From the human T2T-CHM13v2.0 reference genome, Homo sapiens, in NCBI RefSeq assembly GCF_009914755.1, contig NC_060926.1: a DNA stretch of 64,000 bases. One strand, 5' to 3'. How positions within the stretch are numbered: the stretch's first letter is position 1; every line of letters begins with the position of its first letter. Position numbers and translations under genes: made by a program. Of this stretch, positions 20,091 to 39,999 are shown piece after piece. The notes beneath the pieces were generated by a model. That model worked only from the letters and a program-made list of their open reading frames with translations. It made no database searches and was not told the origin of the DNA.

Positions 20091-21135
20091 AGGTAATGAT
20101 TCAGAATTGTATTGGGTTGCAGTGTTTATCACAATACTGTAAATTAGAAATTTAAATTCCTGTTAGGAAGGAGAAAAGCCAGCAGTAATTGTAATTACAG
20201 ATAAGCAGTATCTGTAATTTTTTTGAAGACATGCCATAGAAAGAATAATTCACATAGAAATAATGTTTTGCAAGGTTTCATGTATAGTGTACGGGCCAGG
20301 TAGATGTAGACAATTCCTTGGACTTTTGTTGGCTTTCTGGGAAAAAAAAAAAAAAGTTCTTTGTTAATTCCTTAGGTAAAATGTTTAGTAATAAAGTGAA
20401 TATTGAAGCCTAAGTTTGCTTCATGAAGTTTTGTCATCAGTAAATGTGTTAACAGATCATATTTTAAAAGTTACTCAAAAATGTTGGTGTATTTATTAGT
20501 GAAGAGATTTAGTATTGCCAGATGAGGTGGATGCCGAAGGAAAAGGTGTTTTCTGTTATAATAGATGGGAGAAGAATTTCCTTTTTTTTTTTTTTTAACC
20601 TTAAAATTCGTCTTAAACCAAGTTAAAGTTGAAATGAGTGATAACTTTTATGACATTTATGTTGGGACTGTAAAAGTATTTCAACAGGCCAGGCCTATGC
20701 TTTTTGTGATAATTAAAATACATTTTGTTATAAAGTAATTAAAGAATATTGCAAGTTATGAGAGTAGAGGACAAATCATTAATTTCACCTCACTAATATT
20801 CCTTTGTCTTGTGTTCTTTTTGCCTTTTTTTGGACATATGTATAACTATACTGTGTGCAGATGTTACTATAGCTGTCTTTTGTTGAGTGAATGTGCCACT
20901 TTTACAAGATTGCTTCCAGTCTTTTACTATTATAAGTAATGTGGGTCCCCCTCATGTTTGGACTTTTCCTTTTCATCTTACTTAGCTGTTTTCTGACATT
21001 TGAAAAAAAGCATTTGAAGATCTACATTCTTTTAGCCTAGTAAATGAGTCTTGCTTCATTTGAATGTAGGCCTCTTTATGGTCTTAGGAGCTGACAGATT
21101 TGAAGATTATTTTATCAAGATAATGGTGTTATTTG

Positions 21136-22090
<955 letters not shown>

Positions 22091-22310
22091 AATTGATAGG
22101 TAAAATATGGTAAATACATGCACAAATGTGAAGTTTATAGTTCAATACATTTTTACATGTACATATACATGTATATGTACTTTTGTAGTCACCACTTAGA
22201 TCATGATAGTGAACTTTTCCAGCACTCCAATTCCCTCTCCTTCCTGTTTAGTAGTCTCCTCTTCCCATGATGAGTACTTTCCTGACATCTATCACCATTT
22301 ATTATCTATT

Positions 22311-22723
22311 TGTCTTAGTCTGTTTGTGTTGCTATAAAGGAATACCTGAGACTGGGTGATTTATAAAGAAAAGAGGTTTATTTGGCTCATGGTTCTGTAG
22401 GCGGTACAAGAAACATCTGCTTCTGGTGAGGGCTTCAGGCTGCTTACACTCATAGTGGAAAGCAAAGGGGAGCCAGTGTGTGTAGATCTCATGGTGAGGG
22501 GAGCAAGAGAGAGAGAGAGGAGGGAGGTGTCAGGCTGTTTTTAACAACTAGCTCTCTTGGGAACAAATCAAGTAAGGACTCACTCATTACTGTGAGAGTG
22601 GCACCAAGGCATTCATGAGGGATCTGCCCATAATCCAGACACCTCCCATTAGACCTCACCTCCAGCATCTGTGATCAGATTTCAACATGAGATTTGCAGG
22701 GGTCATATACCCAAACCATAGTA
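22311..22723 (-). mobile_element. MST (MSTB-like) MaLR solo LTR
   Basis: tgtcttagtctgtttgtgttgctataaaggaatacctgagactggg...ccaaaccatagta; ~410 bp; inserted in an old L1M fragment. Confidence 0.85.
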
Positions 22724-23043
22724 CTCTTCTTGAACATCACATAAAAGGAATCATACAGTATATATTTTTTTCTAGCCAGCTTGTTTTTCTAAACATGATA
22801 TCTGGGTGATTTCGCAGTATCATTGTGAATATCAGTAATTTTTTTTGTTGTTGTTGTTTGTTTTTTGAGACGAATTCTCACTCTGTTGCCAAGCTGCAGT
22901 GCAGTGGCAAGATCTTGGCTCACTGCAGCCTCACTGCAACCTCCACCTCCCAGGTTCAAGCTGTTCTCCTGTCTCAGCCTCCCAAGTAGCTAGGATTACA
23001 GGCGCCCACCACCATGCCCAGCTAATTTTTGTAATTTAAGTAG

Positions 23044-23154
<111 letters not shown>

Positions 23155-24677
23155 TGACTAGTTCCTTTTTTTAAACTGCTGAGTAATATTTCATTATATG
23201 AGTATACTGCAGATTGGTTTGCCTGTTGATGTACATTTACATTGATGGACATAATACCCAAATGTCAGTTTTTGACAATTATAAATAAAGCTACTATGAA
23301 TCTCTTGTCTTTTGGTAGAAATATAACTTCAGTTTCCTTGGATGTATGTGTAGCAGTTTGTTATGGGATCACAGGGTAGGCATACAGTTTAGATTTAATG
23401 GATATTGCCAATTCTTTTTGAAGTAGTTGAACTAATTTGCACTAATAAAGTTATTAATCTTGTGTTATCTTAATCCAGATCTGGCTAAACTAAAAATTGC
23501 TGGCTGCTGTGGTGGGGACAGAACTACTGATTCGTTTAGTATATGTGGAGAGTGCTAGAGGAGTTGGTCTTTTTTCTGCTTTTGGAAAAACGTAGGTAGG
23601 CAGTGGGAATGGGGGCAGATTCAGGTTCCTTGGTATTCATTCTGTGTTAGTTTTGTGGCAGACTATACATAGTACTGGCTGGACTCCATCCCAAATTTTG
23701 CCATATTTTTTCTGGGTAAGTTTTGCATAGCTAGGAAATAGAGATTTGTAGTAGCACTTTTTTTTTTTTTTGAGACGGAGTCTCGCTTTGTTGCCCAGGC
23801 TGGAGCACAGTGGCGTGATCTCGGCTCACTGCAAACTCTGCCTTCGAGCAATTCTTCTGCCTCAGCCTCCCGAGTAGATGGGATTACAGGTGAGAGCCAC
23901 CGTGCCGGCCACATAATTTTTATAACAAAGATCCAGGGGGTTTTCAAAGATGTGTATGTTTTGAGTTCTTAGTGGAATAGTGGTGGTAGCTAATCTGTCT
24001 TCAAGACTTCTGGAAAGCAGTATTCGGGAACACTGTCAAAGTTAAGTATCAGACACTGTGCTGGAATCTGACTCAGCACCTACTTTGGCTTCTCCTTGCT
24101 GATTTTACCCACATGGGACTTACTACGTAGATTTGTCACCTTTTTTTTGAAAGTGATTTCCTGAGCTCAGAAGTTGCTTGGTTCCTCTAGGCTGTTCCAG
24201 GCTGTAAGAAAATGGTAGGCTAAGAGGGAGAGGTCAGAGTCTGTCTTTTCTTTATTGTAAACTCAACAATAAGAAGGACCTAGGTTGATTTCTTTTCTTT
24301 CTTCTCCTGTGAAAATGTACTCAGAGGCCCACAAAGTGATAGATGAGGTCCCAAAGAGGAGATGAATAGTTAAAATAAAGAGGAAGTCATGGAAATTATA
24401 GAAAAATATAGGGAGAAAAAGAAAAATAATTATACTAATAATCAGATAAAATAACTTACAGTGAGGTCTAAATTTAGCTCAGTTATTTAGAAGTTGACAA
24501 AAAGTCTAGCTTATATAATATTCACTGTCAAGTACAAGGATACAATTTATTGAAGAAGACAGCTTATTGGTATTATTGCATAAGGAATATATTACTTGAA
24601 GTCACTTATGTGTAATTTTGAGTAATGGACAAAGTCTGAAAAAGCAGTTATGTAGAAATATTCTCTCAGCTGTTTTT

Positions 24678-25670
<993 letters not shown>

Positions 25671-26930
25671 TAAGTCAAGTCTTTAAAATATGTGATAGAC
25701 CTACTTGTTTGAAGTCCTTATCCCTAGAGTTGGAATAGCCAAAGAGAGAAAAGGCCAGAGGAGGGAGGGAAGAACCCGATCATCTTCTCTGTCAGAGTTG
25801 CTTTCAGCATGAGAAAGATATGCTAATAGGGTGGTCTCAGAACTAACAATATTTTGCCCACATTCCTTCAGAGGCACTGTCTTTTTCTGACTCCTTCCTC
25901 AAAGGTTTGAGTGCCCCTGTCTTTCAGAGATGTGAGGACAAGTTCTCTCAGAATTCCTGAGACCTGCCAATTCCACTATGCCATGCATTCCTGTCATCTG
26001 TCATTGTCCAGAATGAAAGTCCATCTGATCTTCATACCACTCAGAGTTTCTTCTTCCCTTGACCAAATCTCTTGTTTAATTCCTAAGGCTTTCCTCTTGA
26101 ATTCTCTGAAATGTTATTTTTGTGTTAAACCTCTCCCTCGTGTTCATAAGATGTTTTTTGGCTTTCTTGTGGTAACTTAAGCCCATCTGCCCTGGTAATC
26201 TTACCTTTCCTTTAGCCCTCTGAGGTTAGCAGTAGGTTTTCTTGCACTATGGTATGTCAGGATGCAGAATCAGGGTCTTCATCCTTCTCCATTCACAGGC
26301 TCATTCTATTCCTTTATTAGGGTGGCCCTTCTGCCTAGCTTGCTGTTGTTCCTTTATGCAGTTCCTTAATATCCTTTCACACATTTTCTAGTTTAGGTGA
26401 TAGATCATACACGGTCAGGTTAGCCATTTTTTCTCTATCTTTGTGCAAAACTCTCTTTCCTCTGAAGTTCATGCTGTTTGACAATGCATCTCTCTTCCCT
26501 TCCTTATTATCAGAAAAGGACCCTGTGGTCTTACCCTTTGATTCATTGTTTTTTCTATTTTTGTCTCTGCCATTATCCTGAGGTTACTTTAGAGTCTATG
26601 TAGCTGATCCATCTGGTCCTCCCATGTTCCTGGTTTCTTGTCTTTTACTTTCATCTCTAGTTCTACTAGTGCTTTCATTTTTATTTCTACTATACTTGCT
26701 TTTTGGCATTACCAACATCTTAAATTTGTCAACTCTCTTCTGTTTTTACACCCTTCCCCATAGTGTCTAAATCACACTTCTGCCAGCACCCTCTACTTTG
26801 CCTTCTTATTCTTCCCTTTACCGTGCTGACAAAACCCTAACCCTGGTTTCCTGTGGGCTCTCTGCCCCATACTCAGGCTGCTAAGTTGGAGAAAGAAGCC
26901 CACAACCACCTTGCAGATTAGCTTCCCTCT

Positions 26931-27289
26931 TGTATTAGCCCATTTTCATATTGCTGTAATGAACTGCCTGAGACTGGGTAATTTATGAAAGAAAGAGGTT
27001 TAATTGACTCACAGGTTTTCATGGCTGGGGAGGCCGCAGGAAAGTTACAGTCATGGCAGAAGGAGAAGGGGAAGCAAGGCACCTTCTACACAAGGCAGCA
27101 GGAGAGAGAAGTGCCAACCGAAGCGGGAAGAGCCCCTTATAAAACCATCAGATCTGATGAGAACAGCATGGGGGAAACCGCCCCCATGATTCAGTTACCT
27201 CCCCCTGGTCTCTCCCTTGACACGTGGGGTTTACAGGGATTACAATTCAAGATGAGATTTGAGTGGGGACACAAACCCTAACCATATCA
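26931..27289 (-). mobile_element. THE1 (MaLR) solo LTR
   Basis: tgtattag...gagactgggtaatttatgaaagaaagaggtttaattgactcacag...accatatca; 5-bp TSD cctct/cttct. Confidence 0.9.
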
Positions 27290-28185
27290 CTTCTCTATCT
27301 TTATTGGTCTTTAGAGATACTGTAGCTAAGTGCAACAAGGTGTCCTGAATTGGAGACTGGCACAGAACAAGGATGTTGTTGGAAAAACTGATGAAATCTG
27401 AATAAACTCTGAAGTATAGGTAATAGTGATGTATCAATGTTGGTTTCTTAGTTTTGACAAAGTATTGTGTAATGTAAGTTGTTAACATTAGGGGAAACTG
27501 ACGGTACTTTCTGTATTATCTTTGTAGCTTTTTAAACTATAATTTCTCAAGTTTATTTAAAAAAAACAAACAAACTCTAGCATAGAACACAGCAGCTATC
27601 AATTTCTTTAGTTTCCTCAAACCCTACCTTATCATCTTCTCTGTCATTTGCCTACTTTTCTGAGAAGATTGAAGCCATCAGTTTGATGAATTCCCCTCAG
27701 TTTCCTTTATTTTTGTTTTTTTGTTGGTTTGTTTATTTTAAAATTATTTTTTATGTAAGTTTTGTAGAGACAGGATCTTGCTGTGTTTCCCAGCCTGGTC
27801 TCAAACTCCTGGGCTCAAGCAATCTGCCTACCTCAGCGTCAGTGCTGGGATTCCTGGCATGGACATTAGCTTGGCCTCAGTTTCCTTTTAAATTCCCCTA
27901 CCCCCTTCAATAAAACTCTACATAACCTTGGAAGCATTCTAAGTCATTTGGATCTACTTTCCTCTGGTTACAAGTAGATAGGAGCAGTTTTTGTTTCTGT
28001 TTGTTCTGTGAAACCCTAATACTTCCTGCCTTCTCAGAGATTTCATTTACATAATATTTTTATTGAATTATTAAAATTCACCTTTTGACTCTGCTAGTAA
28101 CTTTCCATTGGGAATATATCTAAAATAAAAAAATGGAAATTTTCTTTCCATTCTTTCTCTTCTCTCTTCCACAGCTAAGATTCTT

Positions 28186-29613
<1,428 letters not shown>

Positions 29614-30799
29614 TAATATTTGAAACTTTCAAATACTTCCCTTAAAAAAAATGTACCACTACCATCTTTGTTGTATGCACAAATTAGAAACTTAATAGGA
29701 AAAGAGAATTATCCATAATCCTACCACTTAGAAGTATTAACATTTTGGGGCATATCTATATATATCCAGTGTATTTTAAAATATTTTAAATATAATCATA
29801 TTCTCTGTATTCTGTAACTTGTCTTGAACACTTAATATGTTGTTGGTAACCTTTCATGTCGGTGAAGTTTAGTTACTCATCATCTTACTCTTCCCTACTA
29901 GATTGAATTCATTCTCCTCCAGGTAACTATCCTCAGTCATCTTTCTAAAGTACAAATTTTGTCCTGGAAACTTTCCTGCCCAAGTCTTTTCATAACCTTT
30001 CATTTCCCTTGGAATATGAAATGCAAAGACTTTTGTGATGTAGCCACTGCTTTACCAATCTTCACATTAGTTTTTTAGCCTGTTGAACAAATTGATTATC
30101 TTCCAAAAGATCCTAGGTCTTTCTTCTTTACCCTTTCCTGCACCTCCCCCTGTCCCCCTTTATCCTTAAAGACTGCCTCATTCTTAGTATATGGTTTTTG
30201 GAGTCCTTATAATACAGGTTTGACCTTGTGTGAGCTGCTTAACTTTTCTCTGTGCCTCATTTCCTCATCTACAAAATTGGGCCAAAGAATCTATGTCAAA
30301 TTAAGCGAATACATATGAAGCACTTTGAACTCTTAGTAAGCACATAGTTAGCTCTCAATAAATGCTAGCAAATATTATAATTCAACAGATCTTCAGTGTT
30401 ATGCTTCTCATTTTAGGATAATCTTCCCAGTATTCCCAGAGCTTACTTCGCATAGTTCATTGTAGTCCTTATCACATGGTACTCATTGTTTTTTTATTAG
30501 ACTGGCGCCTTGAGGGCAGGAGTTATCGTATTCCTTGTTCATAATGCATCCAAGTAATCTGGTTAGGGGTTACCAGATAATATTAGCAGTATCCATTAGA
30601 TTGTTATGTTGGATCAAAGAAAATATTTCATGGGATTTTGTTTAGAAAATCTACCCTTATTTATATATTTCTGTATATGAAGTGTGTTATTCTGTAGAAG
30701 AGGTTGGGGCTACTTGTAAAAGTTTGGAGACCGGGAGAGCTCAGGACATGGATCCTTTGGCCAGCCCTTCAGGTGGCCAGTAGTAGTAATGGCTTTTTA

Positions 30800-32026
<1,227 letters not shown>

Positions 32027-33676
32027 CATCATACAGCTTTTAAAAACTGCAACTTAACTCTATATCTGTTTATTAGAAGTTTGTCCATGCAAATATATTG
32101 AGAGAATTGCCTGTCTCAGAATAAGGTATAGTGTATGATTCTTGCTTTATAATAGCAAATAGCTAATCCCCTTTCCCCACCACATATATGTGAACATGTT
32201 TGTCTGAATGTGAAGTATGGAGGGATACACACTAGGCTGTTAACATGTTTACCTCAGGAAATGGGAATAGCGGGGAGGCAAGAGTAATTATGAACTTGGA
32301 GGTTAATATGGGTCTATTTTAGTTACAGAGAATGTGGTGAGAATAGTACCTCAGGGGGAGAAAACTAGAGTCAGTGAATTTGAGTTTAGTGAAGGGTTTG
32401 GGCTAGAGATCTCTACCTCTGTGGTCTTTCTCTTTCTTCCTGTATCAGCCTGTACAGTGATTGCTGAGGCTTTGTTCCTGTTCTTTCTTGAGATTTCTGC
32501 TTTGGGGTAGCCTTATTCAATTTTTGATTGTAACTCTGTGGATTCACTTCCGTTAAATCTGTCTTTCTATTCTGACTACTCTTCAACTCTAGGTCTTTTG
32601 GATACTTCCTCAGTCAAGCACCTTGCACTTACTTTGTTCAAAACCATCCTCGTTATCTGTCTCCCCAAATTCGTTTTTCTGTTTTCTGCTTCCTTTTAAG
32701 CTTTATAATACACATTTGAAAAATACCCGCAACATTGAGTCCTATAGATTCCATTCCATTTCTGTATCCTGTGTTTTAGATTTTCCCTTCCAGAGGGAGC
32801 AGTGCTTTTACTACTTTGGGAACTATTTTATGGAGTAGGTGTTTGAATAGATCCTTGGTTTTGTATGAGCCATTCTAAGGGAGGGAGGTCAGGCTTCTGG
32901 GGGAAGGGTATGTCATAGCACAACTAAAGAGGAAGGAAAATGCAGTGGACGGTAGAAAGTTCTCATTTGGCTTTGAGTTGGGAGGTGAAACAATAGGAGA
33001 TTGAGTTGGGGAGGGAGGCATGGGTTGTCAGATTGACGATACATAGTAGGTTCGATTGGACTTTTTTAGAGGAGTGTAGGCCATGATCAGAAAGGTGCCT
33101 TAGGAAAATTGATCTTGAGGCCCAGTCAGGGAAGCAAATAAGAACTTTTGTTAGAATAATCCAGACATGCATTAATAGAGTTTGGACTATAATGAAAGAG
33201 GAATCTTGAAGAAGTAGGCTAAATTTGAGACAAAATGAATGGATATAAGGGATGGAGTAGAGAGAGTTTCAGATGATCTAGGCTTTTGAGACTGGCTGAC
33301 CAGTAAACTGAAAACAGTAGTGCCTTGATGATATGATCAGTCAGTGATCCCATGCCACATTGGTCATGGGAGAAAAAAATCAAATTTGTAATTAATTGCA
33401 GGGGTGGGATCATCTCTCCCAGCTAGTGGCCGGTTACAAATTTGTGGGCAGATGTTTTAATTGCTGTTGTTAAAATGACACCCCTACTCTCTGCATGCCC
33501 TCTTTGCCATTCCGTAATTTAGAGGGAAATAAAGATGGGCAAAGAAATACCAGGATAGTGCTGGTAATGGAGGAAAAGGGAGGTCATAGTTTCAACAAAA
33601 AACAGTCTACAGAGGCAGGATAGCATGATGGAGCAGAGTGTCCAGAGTCTGGTTCAAATCCTGAATTGCTTTATAA

Positions 33677-34040
<364 letters not shown>

Positions 34041-34229
34041 TCCAGAGCTGTTTTCTAAAGGTTACAAGTCTTCTAGGCGTTTGAGCTGAAAACATTTGGA
34101 TAGCTGGGGTTTAAATGTTGCCCTAAGCTGCTTTGAATCATAAAGAAGAATGAGCAGAACACTGTTCTGAGTAATGCAGGTCTCTTTATTTGATAATTAA
34201 ATAACTTGGTTTATTATTTTTAGGTTTTT

Positions 34230-35039
34230 TTTTTTAATTAACCTCTCAAGCTTTTATTTAAATGCCATGACCCAGGATGGATTTTAGATTTTGTTGAAAG
34301 CAGCCACATCCATGGACTGCACATAGTCTTCAAAAGCAGTGATCTGCTTCTCCAGCTTATCTGTTCCAACTTTATCATCTTCAACTTCACAACGTATTTG
34401 AAGTTTCTTAATTCTGTATCCCACTTGAACTAGTTTAGATGAGCCCCAGACTAAGCCATCTGCTTGAATGCCTCTGATGCACTCCTCTAATTTTGCCATA
34501 TCTGTCTTATCATCCCAAGGTTTCACATCTATAAGATGGAAGACTTGGCAACGAGTGCAGGTTTTTTGGCTTTCTTCGATTCATATTGTGGAAGGTGTTC
34601 TTCCCTTAGCCTCTTCGTTTCTTCACTTTTCTCCTCCCATCAGCTCCAAAGAGATCAATGTCATCATCATCTTTACTATCTTTAGCTCCTCTTCCTATAG
34701 TGTCTTCCATATCCACAGGACCATACTTGACCAAAGCCTTCTTCACTCCTGGAAGGCTGGCCTTTTCTTTTTCGTAAGACTTGATGTGATTATACCAACG
34801 AAGGGCATAACACAAGTCAGCAGGCGGTGGGCCAGATGCTGCTTCAAATACTGCCACATCTGCTTGTGATGGCACATACCCCTCGATGTAGCTCTTGTCC
34901 GCCAGGTAATTGTTGAGCACCTGGAGGCCGGCAGGGCTTTTCAGGTCTCTGAAATCCATGGCATCAGCTGTACCTGAGAGCTGAGGAGCAGCAGAAAGAG
35001 CTCAAGTTGTGGGCACCCTGTGCTGAAAGAGGAAAAAAA
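34230..35039 (-). pseudogene. Processed pseudogene of EEF1B2 (eEF1B-alpha), full length, antisense to GIGYF2
   Basis: ORFs 34606..34959 ([28 protein letters not shown]...) and 34284..34526 (KPWDD...[12 protein letters not shown]) are the N- and C-terminal halves of EEF1B2. Intronless; frameshifts near 34635 and 34531; AATAAA at 34253-34258; poly(A) remnant at 34225-34235; 15-bp TSD (34215-34229 / 35040-35054, one mismatch). Confidence 0.96.
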
Positions 35040-35083
35040 TATTCTTAGGTTTTTAAGAGTTCTTCAGAAATCTTTACTTTAGG

Positions 35084-35751
<668 letters not shown>

Positions 35752-37379
35752 TCAAGACATTAAAAAATCTTCTGAGCTCTTAATGGTTGTACATTGTAGT
35801 AGTTTTGTAGTACTCAAAGATTTATAGGTGCAATGATAAAGTGGACCCAAACAGAATTTCCTTGCTTGTTGTTGTTCCTTAGATGCTGCTTGAATCTGGG
35901 GCTTCGTTTATATTTCAAGACTGCTGCCTGTAGGAGCTCCATCTGTATCATTTGTGTTAATAGTGACCCTGGAGTTTTGTACTTCCAGAACCTATGTGAG
36001 CATATGTGATGGCCTTGTAGTAAGTTAAAGGGGAAAAAATTAAATCACTAACAATGAATTTAGTATTTTCACAAATAGCAAATACTTTGAATTTTAGTTG
36101 AGATTTACCTGCTTTATAAATTCAGTCTGATTTAAATCCTGACTTGCTTTATAAATGCAGAGCCATTATTCAATGCTCTAAAATCCTCTACGGGTTTGAG
36201 TTTAAAACATTTGGCTAGATGGGGCTTAAAATGGTGGTAAAACCGCTCCTTCAGGATGTTTAGTATTAAAGAAAAACCTTACAATTGATGTGGTCTCTAC
36301 AGCTCTAGTTGATGTAGTCTCTTCATCTCTGTTTGTCATCCAAGTAGGTCCACATACTTTTAGAAAACACACTGAATTGATTTATGTTACAAAAAGTCAT
36401 AAGACTGTTGTGTAAGCAGTGATGCCTGTTTTAGTTTAACAGTGGGCACCTTTCCTGGGGTCTGATCATTGCTACCTTGACAAGTCATTCATTTGGAATG
36501 TACCATAATTTTAATTGAATCTAACATGTGTCAACTATAAGATTAATCATTTTGTGCATTACTGAGAAAGAAAGGAATACTGCCAAGAAGGCTCCGGCAC
36601 ATCTGGCACAGGCTTTTCTTGTTAGAATTATTTTATATTTTTTAAAAAAGCTCTGTTAAACTTATTTAGCAAATAAGAATGGATTTTTATTAAACAGTGT
36701 ATCCTTCTATTGCATGTATGAAAATGAAAATAGAAGTAAAATAAATTTGTTAAGATAGTCGTAAGATTTCTGGGTATTTAGAGTCTGACTTTTCTAAATC
36801 ACTTTTCAACTTGGCATCATAGAAGTCTCCTGCTTTCTTCCTCCCTCTCCCCACCAGTCATGCAAAGTATTGGTGATGCAGTAGTTAAGGGAATTCTCTA
36901 TTACTCTGTCATCAATTTAAAATTTAGTCGTTTGATGCTTGTGAAGATTTTAAGAGCAATATAAGCTATTTAATTTTTAATCCCTTTTAGTACTTCAGGG
37001 CTGCTGCATGTGGTCATATGGGTTGTGCAGTGTCATCAGTATCGGTAGCAAACCATAACAGACTCCATTGGCTTGTGTGTTTTTCCCCCCTTTCTTTCTG
37101 AGGTCCTGTAAATCACTTGGAATCATTCTTTGAATGATGAATAGTTACTTCACTAATACTCCATGGCTGTATTTGCTTCTTTTCTGTTATACAATAAATT
37201 TAGTTTTGATACAGAATCATATTATTTTGAAGACATTTAAAACAGCGGTTTAAAAAATTGGCCCTTGTTCAGACAGCTGTAACACAACTCGCACCCAGCC
37301 AGTAGCAGTTGTAACTTGGCATCAGTTTTAAGATGCATTCTAATTTCAGAGAAATTAAAATGTTAAAAATAGTGTTTTC

Positions 37380-38063
<684 letters not shown>

Positions 38064-38382
38064 TCAGTTTTAGTCTGGTTTGCACCTTTTGTGTGGTGGG
38101 GGAGCAGGGAGTCAGGGTCAAGTAAGAACAGGATAATCTCCCTTGGAGTCTGCTTGGTTGACACAGGGCTGGAAGTACCTTTCAGAAGGAAGGCAGATAA
38201 ATGAATAGCTGATTATGAAGGTTAACACACTTTTACTTTGCTGTTTCTAAGCTTTAGACATATTTGTAGTTTATTATTTTTTAGATCATTTAAACAGAGG
38301 CAACAGGGTGATAAAGGGAGAGAATCCTTAACTTGGTCCCCAGTGCCGTGTGTGATGTATCTTAGAGATATTTTACAGTATA

Positions 38383-38713
38383 CAGTTGTCCCTCAGTATC
38401 CATGGGGATTCATTCTAGGATGTCCTTCAGATGTTAAAATCCTTGGATGCTCAAGTCCCTAATGTAAAATGGCATAGTGTTTGCGTATAACCTATGTACA
38501 TACTTCTATATACTTTAACACCTCTAGATTACTTATAATGCTTAATACAACATAAATGCTGTGTAAATAGTTGTTCTGCTGTATTGTTTAGGGAACAATG
38601 ACAAGGAAAAGAAGTGTCTATACATGTTGGTACAGACGCAATTAAAAAATTTTTTTCCATCCGAGGTTGGTTGAATCCATGAACCAGAACCCATGGATAT
38701 GGAGGGCCAGTTA
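38383..38713. mobile_element. MER2 (TcMar-Tigger MITE)
   Basis: TA|cagttgtccctcagtatccatgggg...cccatggatatggagggccagtta|TA; ~330 bp with TIRs and TA target site. Confidence 0.85.
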
Positions 38714-39915
38714 TATTTACAATTTTTATAGTATTTTCCATTTTTTTAAGCTCTCATATCTTAAGATTACTTTTGAAATGTCACTTGTGAAATTCATTAG
38801 TTTATTATTTTAACTTGACAATCTGAAGCAACTTTTAAAAAATTTATATTTTATTTATTTATTTTAAAACTTTTTTTTTTTTTTTTTTTTTAAAGAGATG
38901 GAGTCTCACTATGTTGCCCAATCCAGTCTTGAACTCCTGGGCCCAAGCCGTCTGCCTGGCTTGGCCTCCCAAATTATAAATTTATTTTTATTTGTTTATT
39001 TTGTAGAGACAGGGTCTCACTCCATCGTCTAGGCTGGAGTGCAGTGGCAGGACCACAACTCACTGCAGCCCCAAACTCCTGGGCTCAAGTGATCCCTCCA
39101 CCTCACCCTCCCAGGCAGCTAAGACTACAGGCATGTACCACCATGCCCAGTTGATCTTTAACATTTCTTTTTTTTAGAGACCACGTCTCCACCTCCTGGG
39201 CTCCAACGATTCTCCCATCTTGGCCTCCCAAAGCGCTGGATTTACAGGTATGAGCCACCTTGCCTGGTGGTTCCTGGCCTGATCCAAGATAATTTTTAAA
39301 AGAAGCAGTAGGCTCGAGAGGCTGAGACAGGAAGATCACTTGAGGTCAGGCCAAGAGTTCGAGACCAGCTTGAGCAACATAGTGATACACACTGTCTGTT
39401 AAAAAAAAATCACTAGGGTGTAAAGTGCTAATAAGCAGAAGGTGAGGAGAGTTGTGGCAGAAGCTATGTGATAGGTAAGGAGGGTCCTTATTTTAATAAT
39501 CTTTGATGTACCTCATGGTGATAGGGGAGTCATTACTAGGAAGTAATATGAACTAAAATGTAAATCTATTACCTTTCATTCACTCCCCATTGTTCCAGGG
39601 ATAAAGGGAGAAAATCCTTAACTTAGTCTCCAATGCCCTGTGTGGTCTGTTCCTACCTCTCTCACTAGCTTCATCTTAAACTGTGCCTCCTTACCCCAGA
39701 TTAACATAGAAAGGTGGGGAGTCAGAATATAAGGGTTGATTTATTCATTTCACTTTGCCTGCTATATTATTGTTTTAAGTAGGAATTTCAAAATCTCATT
39801 TTTGTGACTCTAGTTGAGAGGAGCATAAATAAAACACTCTCTAACTGTACTTTCTGGCCTGGAATTCCACATTTAATCTCAACTAATAGTATGGAGATAT
39901 TTTTCTCGTTAACAG

Positions 39916-39958
39916 GTTTCTTCACATATAAAAATCTATTGTAAAAATACGGAAAAGA
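39916..39958 (+). other. GIGYF2: 5'UTR part (43 nt) of the first coding exon
   Basis: Acceptor tttttctcgttaacag|G at 39915/39916, leading to the ATG at 39959. Confidence 0.9.
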
Positions 39959-39999
39959 ATGGCAGCGGAAACGCAGACACTGAACTTTGGGCCTGAATG
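39959..39999 (+). CDS. GIGYF2: GIGYF2 coding exon 1: MAAETQTLNFGPE(W), phase-2 end
   Basis: ATG in strong Kozak context (AGAATGG); 41 nt; donor TG|GTGAGT; recognised GIGYF2 N-terminus. Confidence 0.97.

Noticed and set aside
22159-22180. 22-bp perfect palindrome GTACATATACATGTATATGTAC
   Set aside because: Low-complexity alternating purine-pyrimidine tract, where palindromes arise readily.
34468-34869. 133-aa + strand ORF
   Set aside because: Antisense shadow of the EEF1B2 pseudogene.
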